From: Alphaproteobacteria bacterium
GTDB lineage: Bacteria > Pseudomonadota > Alphaproteobacteria > MPNO01
Reading direction: 5' to 3'
NCBI GenBank assembly: GCA_965248835.1
Contig: CBDFLJ010000002.1
Span: forward strand, 2,400,001-2,464,000
Length of the DNA: 64,000 nucleotides
A program made the position numbers and the translations under genes. The notes below the pieces were generated by a model that saw only the letters and a list, made by a program, of their open reading frames with translations, was not told where the DNA came from and made no database searches. Positions 1 to 8,942 of this stretch are shown here, piece by piece. Within the stretch, counting starts at the first letter, position 1; the number at the start of each line of letters is the position of its first letter.

Positions 1-1
1 G

Positions 2-307
2 TATCTGATCTACGAGTTCATGCATTACTGCTGCCATGTCGACGAGAACGCGTTCGTCCGCCTGTTCCCCTTCGTGAATACGCTGCGCCGCCATCATTTC
101 GCGCACCACAACACGCGCCTCATGATGGAGGTCAACATGAACCTGACCTTTCCGATCGCCGACTGGATGTTCGGCACCTCGGACCTCGATCGCGGGCTCC
201 TCGGCCATCTCTTCAACGGGTACAGCGAAAAACACCTGAAGAAGAATTTGCGCGGCGCGCCTGTCCCGCCCTTGGCCCTCGCCGGCGAGGCGCTGCCCGC
301 GGATTGA
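2..307 (+). CDS. Fatty acid hydroxylase/sterol desaturase family protein, C-terminal part (5' end outside window)
   Basis: His-rich motifs HYCCH and RHHFAHH followed by N(M/L)xxTFPIADWMFGT, typical of the family C-terminus. Confidence 0.7.
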   Translation, partial: YLIYEFMHYCCHVDENAFVRLFPFVNTLRRHHFAHHNTRLMMEVNMNLTFPIADWMFGTSDLDRGLLGHLFNGYSEKHLKKNLRGAPVPPLALAGEALPAD

Positions 308-517
308 AGCGCCGGACCCCGCAGCACCTTTTGAAAGAGGAACGAAGCACGCCGGATCGGGGCTCGTTGCCCGACGCCACTCCGGTGCTCTACACCAACC
401 CGCGCACCTTCGGTTCTAACTGATTGATATCAGGTCGTTTTTTCTCCCGCACTTTGTTGCAGGGGGGCGGATTCTGCAACTGTCCGTCCCCCTGCAACTG
501 CAACCGGGAGAACGCAC

Positions 518-769
518 ATGCCCAAGATCATCCTCACCGAGGCCCGCGTCAGGTCGCTCGGGATCCGCAAGACCACCTACGACATCCGAGATGGCAAGCT
601 CAGGGGCTTCGGCGTCCGGGTGCTCACCTCGGGACGCAAGCGTTTCTTCGTCCATTGCCAGCATCGAGCGGAACGGGTCTGGAAGGTCGTTGGCGACGCC
701 GCGATCGTGAGCGTCGACGAGGCCCGGTCACACGCAGCAGAAATGCTTGTTGCGATACGGCGGGGCGAG
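518..769 (+). pseudogene. Tyrosine integrase N-terminal arm-DNA-binding fragment, truncated by IS6
   Basis: MPKIILTEARVRSL...IRDGKLRGFGVRVLTSGRKRF...VGDAAIVSVDEAR resembles the DUF4102 arm-binding domain; similarity stops at the IS6 end at 770. Confidence 0.7.
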
Positions 770-1305
770 GGCATTGTCAGACTAAATGGCCTGGAGCTGC
801 AGAACCTTCAGTTGAGGACCCTTAGGCTGCAAGTTGCCTCCACTCGGCCAGCGCAGCAGCCCGGTCTTGTTTGAAAATGTCGCGGCGGTTGAGATGGCGT
901 TGGTGGTTGAAACGGTTGTGGATCGAGGCATGGACGGAGGCGAATTTCTGCAGAGATTTTACATCCCTGAATTTGACCATTGCGCGTTCCCGTCGTCGGA
1001 AGGGTTGATGCGCGTTTCCGGCCCGGTTGCCGAGCCGTCGTCCGGTCTCTTGGCGAACCTCGTTCGCCGATCACCTGCAACGCCGCCCGGTATGACCGAA
1101 GCCTGTCCGTGGCGATCGAAGCCGGCCGGCCATAGCGCTTCATCGTGCGCTTCAGGAACTTCGGCGCTGTCCTGAGATCCCGCCGCTTCGCGGCAAAAAC
1201 CCCAAGCCCCTCCCCTTCGTGATCAACGGTGTGCCATGGATTTCGCATCCGGCAAAACTATGGATGCCCCATCTGCCCTTCAATCCATTTTCGTCTGACA
1301 ACGCC
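770..1305 (-). mobile_element. Internally deleted IS6-family element with frameshifted transposase remnant
   Basis: Terminal IRs GGCATTGTCAGAC (770) and revcomp GGCGTTGTCAGAC (1305); minus-strand peptides KRRDLRTAPKFLKRTMKRYGRP..TDRLRSY and FRRRERAMVKFR..LQKFASVHASIHNHFN in different frames; only 536 bp. Confidence 0.8.
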
Positions 1306-1743
1306 GGCGCCGGCGCTGTCGAGGTCGGCGAGGGTGGCGACGGCCGGATCCGCCTGGCGCAGATCGAAGACTTCTCCGCCGACAGCCTGCACGCCTTCCC
1401 GGGCGCCAACCTCGCAACCGGCGCCACCGCCAGGACCGACGGCTGGGCCGGCTGCCTCGGCGCGTCCGGCGTCACACACGACCCGCACGTCGTTGGAAAC
1501 ATGGCCGCCCATATCGTCCTGCCCTGGGTTCATCGCGTCTTCGCCAACCTCAAGACCTGGGCGCTGGGCGTCTGCCACGGCCTCCGACGCCGACACCTGC
1601 AATCCTACCTCGACGCGTTCGTCTCCCGCTTCAACCGGCGCCGGTCCCGCCACGCCGCCTTCCGCTCCATCCTCGGCATCGGCCCCGCAATCAACCCGGC
1701 AACCTACAAAATGTTGATCGCACCGGAGCTACAGGGATAAGCC
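1306..1743 (+). mobile_element. IS1595-family transposase 3' fragment with right end
   Basis: GRIRLAQIEDFSADSL...TDGW...VLPWVHRVFANLKTWALG.HG...HLQSYLD.F..RFNRR; ends in GGGATAAGCC (revcomp GGCTTATCCC, IS1595-like IR). Confidence 0.75.
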
Positions 1744-1809
1744 TTTCCCGTATAAACTGTGCCCGAAAGCCGGGCAATCTACCTACGAATCCGAGGGGGA
1801 TCTCGCTCG

Positions 1810-3138
1810 ATGCACGATCTCACGGATGTTGCCAGAGGCGACCGGTGTCGGGCGCTCGGGTTGAGCACCTTCTCGTTCACCGTGTGCTTCGCCGTTTGGA
1901 CAATATTCTCGATCATCGGCGTGAAGATCAAACAGGATTTGGGTCTGTCGGAGACCGAATTCGGCATCCTGGTGGCCACCCCGGTGCTGACCGGGTCGGT
2001 CAGCCGCATCTTTCTGGGTGTCTGGACCGAACAATACGGCGGTCGCCTGGTCTTCACGCTCCAGATGCTGGCAACCGCGGTGGCTTGTTGGCTGTTGTCG
2101 GAGGTGCAGACCTACGAGGTCTTCCTGATCGCCGCCCTCGGCGTCGGGTTGGCCGGCGGATCGTTCATCGTCGGCATCGCCTACAACGCGCAATGGTTCG
2201 ACAGGGAGCGCCAGGGCACGGCGCTCGGCATTTTCGGGGTCGGCAATGTCGGCGCGGCGGTCACCAACTTCGGTGCGCCGTTCCTGGTGCTCGCTTTCGG
2301 CTGGGAGCAGACCGCCCAAATCTATGCGGTGCTGCTGGCGCTGACCGGCGTCGCCTTCTTCCTGCTGGCCAAACCGGACCCCGCGGAGGTGGCGCGCAAG
2401 CGCGAGGGGCACAAGCCGGTCTCGGCCAAGGACCAGCTTGCGCCGCTCAGGAACATCCAGGTCTGGCGCTTCGCCACATACTATTTCTTCGTGTTCGGCG
2501 GCTTCGTCGCGCTCGCCTCCTATCTGCCGCGTTTCTACCTCGGCGCCTACGACCTGCCGCTGGCGACCGCAGGCATGCTGGCAGCGGCCTATTCCATGTC
2601 CGGTTCGGTATTTCGTGCTCTCGGCGGCTGGATGTCGGACAAATGGGCCGCGCGCTCGGTCATGTATCTGACCTTCGTCGTGTCGTTGATATGCCTGTTC
2701 GTGATGAGTTATCCGCGTACCGAGTACACCGTTCAGGGCATTGCCGGGCCAATCCAGTTCACCTTCGGCGTCAGTCTGACGGTCTTCGTCATGCTCACCA
2801 TGCTGCTCGGTTTCTCGATGTCGCTCGGCATGGCCGCAGTCTACAAGCATATCCCGGTCTACTACCCGCATCACGTCGGTTCCGTCGGTGGGCTGGTCGG
2901 CATGATCGGCGGCCTGGGAGGGTTTGTCCTGCCGATCACGTTCGGCATCCTGAACGATTGGTTCGGCGTTTGGACCAGTTCCTTCATGCTGCTGTTCGCG
3001 ATCGTGCTGGTGAGCACGGTCTGGATGCACGTGGCGATCCGCCTTATGGAGCGCCGCCGTCACCCGGCGCTGGTTGACGAACTCTATCTCAGCGATGTCC
3101 CGGAAACGCCGCAGCCACCGCCGGAGTCGATGCGCTAG
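1810..3138 (+). CDS. narK: Nitrate/nitrite MFS transporter (NarK1-like)
   Basis: Multi-TM MFS with FTVCFAVWTIFSIIG, GLAGGSF, WF..ERQGTALGIFG.GN.GAA and GGLGGF nitrate/nitrite porter signatures. Confidence 0.85.
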   Translation: MHDLTDVARGDRCRALGLSTFSFTVCFAVWTIFSIIGVKIKQDLGLSETEFGILVATPVLTGSVSRIFLGVWTEQYGGRLVFTLQMLATAVACWLLSEVQTYEVFLIAALGVGLAGGSFIVGIAYNAQWFDRERQGTALGIFGVGNVGAAVTNFGAPFLVLAFGWEQTAQIYAVLLALTGVAFFLLAKPDPAEVARKREGHKPVSAKDQLAPLRNIQVWRFATYYFFVFGGFVALASYLPRFYLGAYDLPLATAGMLAAAYSMSGSVFRALGGWMSDKWAARSVMYLTFVVSLICLFVMSYPRTEYTVQGIAGPIQFTFGVSLTVFVMLTMLLGFSMSLGMAAVYKHIPVYYPHHVGSVGGLVGMIGGLGGFVLPITFGILNDWFGVWTSSFMLLFAIVLVSTVWMHVAIRLMERRRHPALVDELYLSDVPETPQPPPESMR

Positions 3139-3184
3139 ACCCTGCCCGCCGGCGCGTATTGCCGGCCGGGTTCGAAGAAGGAGA

Positions 3185-4139
3185 ATGATGGCCAAGAACC
3201 TGGCGACCTGGGATCCGGAGGACGATGCGTTCTGGCGCGCCGGCGGCAAACGCATCGCGACCCGCAACCTGTGGATCTCGATTCCCTGCCTGCTGGTCGG
3301 CTTCGCGGTGTGGCTCTATTGGGGGATCATTACGGTTCAGATGATCAATCTGAAGTTTCCGTTCTCCCAGGCCGAACTGTTCACCCTCGCCGCGATCGCC
3401 GGGTTGAGCGGGGCGACCCTGCGTATCCCCTCCTCCTTCTTTATCGGTATCGCCGGCGGCCGCAACACGATCTTCTTGACGACGGCGCTGCTGATCGTCC
3501 CGGCAGCCGGGACCGGGCTCCTGCTCCAGGATCCAAATACGCCGTTGTGGCAGTTCCAGATCATGGCGCTGCTCTCCGGCTTCGGCGGCGGCAATTTCGC
3601 TTCCTCGATGTCGAACATCTCCTTCTTCTATCCGAAGAGCGTGCAGGGCTATTCGCTCGGCATGAACGCCGGCCTCGGCAATTTCGGCGTCACCACGATG
3701 CAGATTCTGGTACCGCTGGTGATGACGGTGGGGATTTTCGGCGGCTCGGCCCTGGTGCTCGCCAACAGCTCGGGCACGCTGATCGGCAAGATCCCGGCCG
3801 GAACCGAGACCTATATTCACAACGCCGGCTATGTCTGGATCGCCATCCTGATCCCGCTGGTGGTCGCTGCCTGGTTCGGGATGAACAACATCACCGCGGA
3901 GCATGTCTCGCCCGGTCTGACATCGACCCCGGCCGCATTCGGCAAGATTCTGGGCATGCTGGCGATCGGGCTCATCACCGCGGCGGTCGGCCTGTGGTTG
4001 TTGCTGCCGGCCAAAGCCAGCGGTTCCGGACTGGAACTGAGCAAGTGGATCGTCCTTCCCCTGGTCATCGCTTCGACGGTTTTTGCCTTGCGGCTGATCC
4101 CCGGCACCATCCGCCGCAGCCTCGACCAGCAATACGCAA
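3185..4139 (+). pseudogene. narK: Second nitrate/nitrite transporter (NarK2-like), truncated by IS3 insertion
   Basis: RBS AAGGAG; WDPEDDAFW..GKRIATRNLWISIP, GFGGGNFASSMSNISFFYPK, GMNAGLGNFG; frame runs into the IS3 end at 4140. Confidence 0.85.
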
Positions 4140-4201
4140 TGAGGTGGCTCCACCTTTTCGGACAGCCTGGCGGCCGGGCTAAGGTGTATTCCGGTTATCG
4201 A

Positions 4202-5152
4202 TCAGGCCGCCAGGATCCCTTTCATGCGATCTTCCTGTTGCTGCTGTTGCGCCTGTGGGGCTTGAACGCATGCGTTCAAGGGCAAGGCGCGGAGCGGCTT
4301 GTCCATCATATCCACGGGCGGGTCGCCGCGGTATGCCTCGGCCGGGGTTCGCCCGTCCAGCGCCGCGTGCGGCCTCTCGAGGTTGTAAAAGCGGACCCAA
4401 TCACGGGTCAGGCGCCGGGCGGCGTAGCCGTCGGCGATCTCGTGGAGATAGACCGCCTCGTATTTGAGCGAGCGCCACAGCCGCTCGATGAAGATGTTGT
4501 CCATGCACCGGCCCCTGCCATCCATCGAGACCCGGATGCCGGGCGCCTGCAGGCGCCCGGTGAAGGCGAAGCTGGTGAACTGGCTGCCTTGGTCGGTGTT
4601 GAATATCTCCGGCCTGCCGTATCGACCCAGGGCCTCGTCGAGCGTGTCTGTACAGAAGCCCGCGTCCAGCGTGTTCGACAGCCGCCAGGCCAGGACGTAC
4701 CGGCTCGCCCAGTCCATGATCGCCACGAGGTAAAGGAAGCCACGCTGCACCGGGATGTAGGTGATATCGGCGCACCAGACATGGTTCGGCCGCTCGATCG
4801 CCAGGCCCCGCAGCAGATATGGGTAAACCCGGTGCTCGGGGTGCGGCGCGCTGGTCCGCGGCGCCCGCCAGATCGCCTGAAGCCCCATCAGGCGCATCAG
4901 CCGTGCGGCCCGCCGGCGCCCGATACGCACGCCCTCGCGGCGCAGGTGAAGCACCATCCGGCGGGCGCCGTAAAACGGGTACTTCAGGAACAGCTCGTCG
5001 ATCCGCCGCATCAACGCCAGCGTCTCGACGCTCTCCCCCTTCGGCTCGTAGTAGAGCGAGGAGCGCGCGATCGACAGCAGGCGGCATTGCCGGCTCAGGC
5101 TCAGCGCCGGGTGATCACGCACCACCATCGCGCGCCGCTCCGTCCGGCTCAT
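4202..5152 (-). CDS. IS3-family transposase OrfB (DDE integrase core)
   Basis: WCADITY, FNTDQGSQF, NIFIERLWRSLKYE, YN.ERPH motifs. Confidence 0.9.
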   Translation of the reverse strand: MSRTERRAMVVRDHPALSLSRQCRLLSIARSSLYYEPKGESVETLALMRRIDELFLKYPFYGARRMVLHLRREGVRIGRRRAARLMRLMGLQAIWRAPRTSAPHPEHRVYPYLLRGLAIERPNHVWCADITYIPVQRGFLYLVAIMDWASRYVLAWRLSNTLDAGFCTDTLDEALGRYGRPEIFNTDQGSQFTSFAFTGRLQAPGIRVSMDGRGRCMDNIFIERLWRSLKYEAVYLHEIADGYAARRLTRDWVRFYNLERPHAALDGRTPAEAYRGDPPVDMMDKPLRALPLNACVQAPQAQQQQQEDRMKGILAA

Positions 5153-5439
5153 CGACCGGACCCGCGCGATAAAAAATCCCGCTCCACGATCAGCTCCCCG
5201 ATCTTGGCATGAAGATCGCGGACCTCGCTCTCATGGTCCCGAACCCGCCGCTCGGCGCCCTTCGAGAACACCTCGACCAGACCCTCCATCGCCTGGCGCT
5301 TCCAGGCACCGACCTGGTTCGGATGGACCTGATGCTGCGAGGCGATCTCCTGCAGCGTTCGATCCCCGCGAAGCGCCTCCAGCGCAACCTTCGCCTTCAG
5401 CTCTCCCGAAAATCGACGTCGCTTGCTGCTCATCTGCAT
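5149..5439 (-). CDS. IS3-family transposase OrfA (HTH)
   Basis: KRRRFSGELKAKVALEAL...QVHPNQVGAWK; ATGA overlap with orfB; slippery GGATTTTTTA near its end. Confidence 0.85.
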   Translation of the reverse strand: MQMSSKRRRFSGELKAKVALEALRGDRTLQEIASQHQVHPNQVGAWKRQAMEGLVEVFSKGAERRVRDHESEVRDLHAKIGELIVERDFLSRGSGR

Positions 5440-5509
5440 TCCTCCGTTAGACGGGGGAATACACCTTAGCGACCTGTCCGAATTTCCGGGGCCACCTCAG
5501 TCAGCCTGG

Positions 5510-5830
5510 ATGCCATTAGCCTATTCACAGGATTTGCGGACCGTGTGATAGACGCGGTCGCGGTTGGGGGGATGAGCCGGCGTGCTGTGGCGCGTCGGTT
5601 TGGCGTGAGCGAAGCGTCAGAGATTAAATGGGTGCAGCGCTACTGCCGAACCGGGGCGTGCGTGCCGGTGGGCACGGGCGGGCATCGGCGCTCGGTGCTG
5701 AAACCGGAACGCGCCTGGCTGATGGCGGTGATCGAGGCAGCGCCCGGCATCACGCTGGAAGCCCTGCCGCGGCGTCTGGCCGCCGAGCGCGGGGTGCGCG
5801 CCGACACCTCGATGCTGGGCCGGTTCGACC
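5510..5830 (+). pseudogene. IS630-family transposase N-terminal HTH fragment
   Basis: MPLAYSQDLR (frameshift) DAV..GGMSRRAVARRFGVS..S.IKWV.RY.RTG...PGITL; no DDE domain follows. Confidence 0.7.
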
Positions 5831-5845
5831 AGGCCGGACTTTGCC

Positions 5846-6322
5846 CTACAGCGGGATTACCAGCAGCGTGTCGATGCTGCGCGAGTCGCAGACGGCGAGG
5901 CGTTCGGCGAATTTGAGGCCGTCTGCGGTCTCGACGATCCGGTCGAGATACTTGCCGCAGGCGAACACCGACATCGCGCCCGAATGCATGGTTCGGATCA
6001 CCGTGAAGTTGCTCTGGACGCGGTGCACACCGCCCTCGCTCGCCAGGATCTCGGCGGCGGCGATCGTGTGGCGGTAGTGGTGGGGCTCGAAGATGTTGGC
6101 GGTCCTGAGCGCGCTGATGCGGTCGCGCAGCATGCCGACCCCCTCGCAATGCATGATCGCGAGCGGCAGGTCGAGCTCGCGGTTCTCGCGGGTGAGGATG
6201 CGATAAAGCCCGTCATCGACGAAGAAGCCGGGCCAGTCCTCCAGCCGGTCGTCGTCGATCGCATGGACATAGGCGGCGTGCAGCCGCTGGATGCGCGCAA
6301 GCAGGGCAGCGTCCCCGCTCAC
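5846..6322 (-). CDS. Ring-hydroxylating oxygenase beta subunit
   Basis: YVHAIDDDRLEDWPGFF...MLRDRISALRTANIFEPH.YRH...IDTLLVIPL; GTG start overlaps the alpha-subunit stop. Confidence 0.85.
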   Translation of the reverse strand: MSGDAALLARIQRLHAAYVHAIDDDRLEDWPGFFVDDGLYRILTRENRELDLPLAIMHCEGVGMLRDRISALRTANIFEPHHYRHTIAAAEILASEGGVHRVQSNFTVIRTMHSGAMSVFACGKYLDRIVETADGLKFAERLAVCDSRSIDTLLVIPL

Positions 6323-7545
6323 AGATCCATGCACTCCCGCCACGCCTTCCAGAAGCCGCGCACCGCGGCCTCGGTCACCCGCGAGGCGCCGGCCGGGGCG
6401 ATCGCCCTTCCGCCCATGCGCATGAAGCTGCGCGCCTTGGGATCGGCCTTGGTGGCCGCGCGGATGAAGCCGCCGACGCAGCCGTCCTCCATCGACACGT
6501 AGCCCGCCGGCCCGACCAGGTTGTTGACCTTCATGCGCAGCGCCTGGAGTGCCGCATCGTCATCCTCGAAGCCGAGCACGGTCCACAGCAATTCGCATTC
6601 GTCGGGGCCGCGCGGGACGAGCTGGCGCAGCGCCAGCGCGTTCAGGATCTGCTGGACCACGAGCGTCGGGAAGATCGTCTGGATACCGTTGGTGATGCGG
6701 TCGCCGAGCTCCAGCCTGTGCTCCATCAGCGACGGGTCTTCCAGGCTGTATCGGTCCTTCAGCGAGCGCACCGCTTCGGCGCCGCCGGCCTCCGCGCCGT
6801 CGGCCGCGCGCTCGGTGAAGCTCAGATGGTGCCAACCGTTCTCGCTCAGCCTGATGCCGCCGCCCATGGTGAAGCGGACCACGCCGAAGGTGTTGTGGAA
6901 GACGTGCAGCAGGCTCGCGTGATAGGAGTCCTTGGTGTTCTCCATATAGAGCTTCCAGTTGTTCGGCAGACGCTGGCTGTGATAGCCCAGCACCTTCACG
7001 GGCTTGATCAGGACGCGGTCCATCGCCGCGATCATGGTCGGGCCGATATAGCTCTGGAAGTCCGGCGTCTGGTCGGAAAAGGTCCCGAAAACCAGCCCCT
7101 TGCGGAGCGCCACCCGGAGCCGTGCCAGCCCGTGCTCCGCAGCGGCAAAGCCGGGCTCCATCCCGCCCTCGCCGCCCACCCCGCTTTTGAAGGCGACCCC
7201 GGTCAACCCGCCGGCGAGATCGTAGGTCCAGTTGTGGTAGACGCAGGAGAATTCCTTGACGTTGCCGCGCGGCTTGTAGCAGAGCAGCGCCCCCTTGTGG
7301 GCGCAGCGGTTGACCAGGGCGTTGACCGCGCCCTCGGCGCTGCGCACCACGATGACCGGCGTGTCGCCGACATCGGTGGTCTTGTAGTCGCCGGGGTGCG
7401 GGATCTCGGCCTCCAGGCACAGGAAGTGCCAGGCGGGGCCGCGAAAGATCCGCTCCTGCTCGCGGACGTAGATCTCGGGATCGGAATAGACCCCAAACGG
7501 CACCCGCGAGACGTCGTCGTCGGGCCATTCGAGCGCTGTCGGCAT
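6319..7545 (-). CDS. Rieske ring-hydroxylating oxygenase alpha subunit (salicylate/anthranilate/terephthalate group)
   Basis: Rieske CAHKG...CVYHNW; Fe site NWKLYMENTKDSYHASLLH; GPAGYVSMEDG; RBS AAGGAG. Confidence 0.85.
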   Translation of the reverse strand: MPTALEWPDDDVSRVPFGVYSDPEIYVREQERIFRGPAWHFLCLEAEIPHPGDYKTTDVGDTPVIVVRSAEGAVNALVNRCAHKGALLCYKPRGNVKEFSCVYHNWTYDLAGGLTGVAFKSGVGGEGGMEPGFAAAEHGLARLRVALRKGLVFGTFSDQTPDFQSYIGPTMIAAMDRVLIKPVKVLGYHSQRLPNNWKLYMENTKDSYHASLLHVFHNTFGVVRFTMGGGIRLSENGWHHLSFTERAADGAEAGGAEAVRSLKDRYSLEDPSLMEHRLELGDRITNGIQTIFPTLVVQQILNALALRQLVPRGPDECELLWTVLGFEDDDAALQALRMKVNNLVGPAGYVSMEDGCVGGFIRAATKADPKARSFMRMGGRAIAPAGASRVTEAAVRGFWKAWRECMDL

Positions 7546-7701
7546 GGGCGTTCTCCTTGCCGCGAGGATAGGCGAATGCAACCGCCGATGACAGTGCGCG
7601 GCCGTTCCGGCCTGTCCCCACCCTGCACCCTACCCCGCACTAGGCTGCCGCCCGGCAAACCGCCATACTCGGTCCCAGCGTAGCCGGCGGGAGGACGCGG
7701 C

Positions 7702-8844
7702 ATGACGGCGGGCGGCGAGAAGCGCCGGATCACCTTGGGCGGACGAACGCTCGATGCACGGTTCAGCGTCCATCACAGCGGCAGCGGGCCGGGGCTGCTG
7801 GTGCTGGGCGACGGCGGCGGGCTCGATCAAGGGCTCGACGCGGTGGCGGCGCTGTTCGGCGAAGAAGGCTATGCCGCCTTGGCGTTCGATCCCCGCGATG
7901 TCGGGGACGTGGTCGAGGCGGCGGCGATGCTGCGCGCACTGCCCGAACGCCGCGGCGGGATCGGCGCGGTGGCCCACGGCAGCGGCGCCATCCTCGCCTG
8001 CCGGGCGGCAGCCGATGCCGGGTTCGCGGCGGTCGTCGCCTTCGATCCCGCCGACCCGACCGACCTGGCTGCGACGGTGGCCGGCATGCCCTGCCCGGTG
8101 GTCCTGCAATTCGGCACCGCCGGCTCCGGCGGTGCCGGCGCGAGCCTGCCGACGCTCGATCGCGGCGACGGCTCGAAGGTCTTCGAATACACCGACGCCG
8201 CGCCGGGCTTCGCCCTGCCGGGGCGGGCGGAATTCGACAGGCGGGTCGACGGGCTCGCCCATTCCCGCAGCCTGGAGGTGCTCCGCCGTGCGCTCGGGCC
8301 GCATTACGACCTGGTCGCGCTGTTCGCCGCCCATGTCCGCCATGAGTTCGAGACCCGCGACGTCGATGCGACCATGGCCACGATGATCGACGAGCCCTAT
8401 GTCAACCACGTCCCGACGCTCGCCGGCGGGGTCGGCCACGACATGCTCAAGCGGTTCTATGCCCATCATTTCGTCCATCAGAACTCGCGCGAGCGCGCCG
8501 GAACCCTGGTCTCGCAGACTCTCGGGCCCGACCGGATCGTGCTGGAGCAGGTCGTCCGCTTCCGCCACGACGCGGTGCTCGACCGCTACTTTCCGGGCAT
8601 CGCGCCGACCGGGCGGATGGTCGAGCTCGCGACGCTGCTGCTGGTCAAGTTCCGCGGCGACAAGGTGTGCCACGAACACATCTACTGGGACCAGGCCTCG
8701 GCACTGAAGCAGATCGGCGTGCTCGACGCGGACGGTCTGCCGATCGCCGGTGCCGAGGCGGCGGCCAAGGTGATCGACGAGACCCGGCCATCCAACATCT
8801 TCATGCAGGCGGCCTGGGCCGCCAGCGAAGGCAAACCCGTCTAA
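7702..8844 (+). CDS. Dienelactone-hydrolase-like domain fused to SnoaL/NTF2-like domain
   Basis: C-terminal HEFETRDVDATMATM..EPYVNHVPT...HEHIYWDQAS; N-terminal degenerate DLH fold. Confidence 0.75.
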   Translation: MTAGGEKRRITLGGRTLDARFSVHHSGSGPGLLVLGDGGGLDQGLDAVAALFGEEGYAALAFDPRDVGDVVEAAAMLRALPERRGGIGAVAHGSGAILACRAAADAGFAAVVAFDPADPTDLAATVAGMPCPVVLQFGTAGSGGAGASLPTLDRGDGSKVFEYTDAAPGFALPGRAEFDRRVDGLAHSRSLEVLRRALGPHYDLVALFAAHVRHEFETRDVDATMATMIDEPYVNHVPTLAGGVGHDMLKRFYAHHFVHQNSRERAGTLVSQTLGPDRIVLEQVVRFRHDAVLDRYFPGIAPTGRMVELATLLLVKFRGDKVCHEHIYWDQASALKQIGVLDADGLPIAGAEAAAKVIDETRPSNIFMQAAWAASEGKPV

Positions 8845-8942
8845 TTTCGCGCGCGGGGATCGCGAACTGTGCGCGCCGGAGGAACTTTGCTAGGCTTCGA
8901 CCTTGACCAACCGACGCCGGAAGGCGATGAGGAGATAATAGG

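Larger units (their letters stand above)
4140..5499 (-). mobile_element. IS3-family insertion sequence
   Basis: TG...CA ends, imperfect IRs TGAGGTGGCTCCACCTTTTCGGACAG / revcomp TGAGGTGGCCCCGGAAATTCGGACAG; orfA + orfB. Confidence 0.9.

Noticed and set aside
3074-5212. 712-aa ORF suggesting a NarK fusion with a novel C-terminal domain
   Set aside because: The C-terminal half is the antisense frame of the IS3 transposase, read through from the insertion point at 4140
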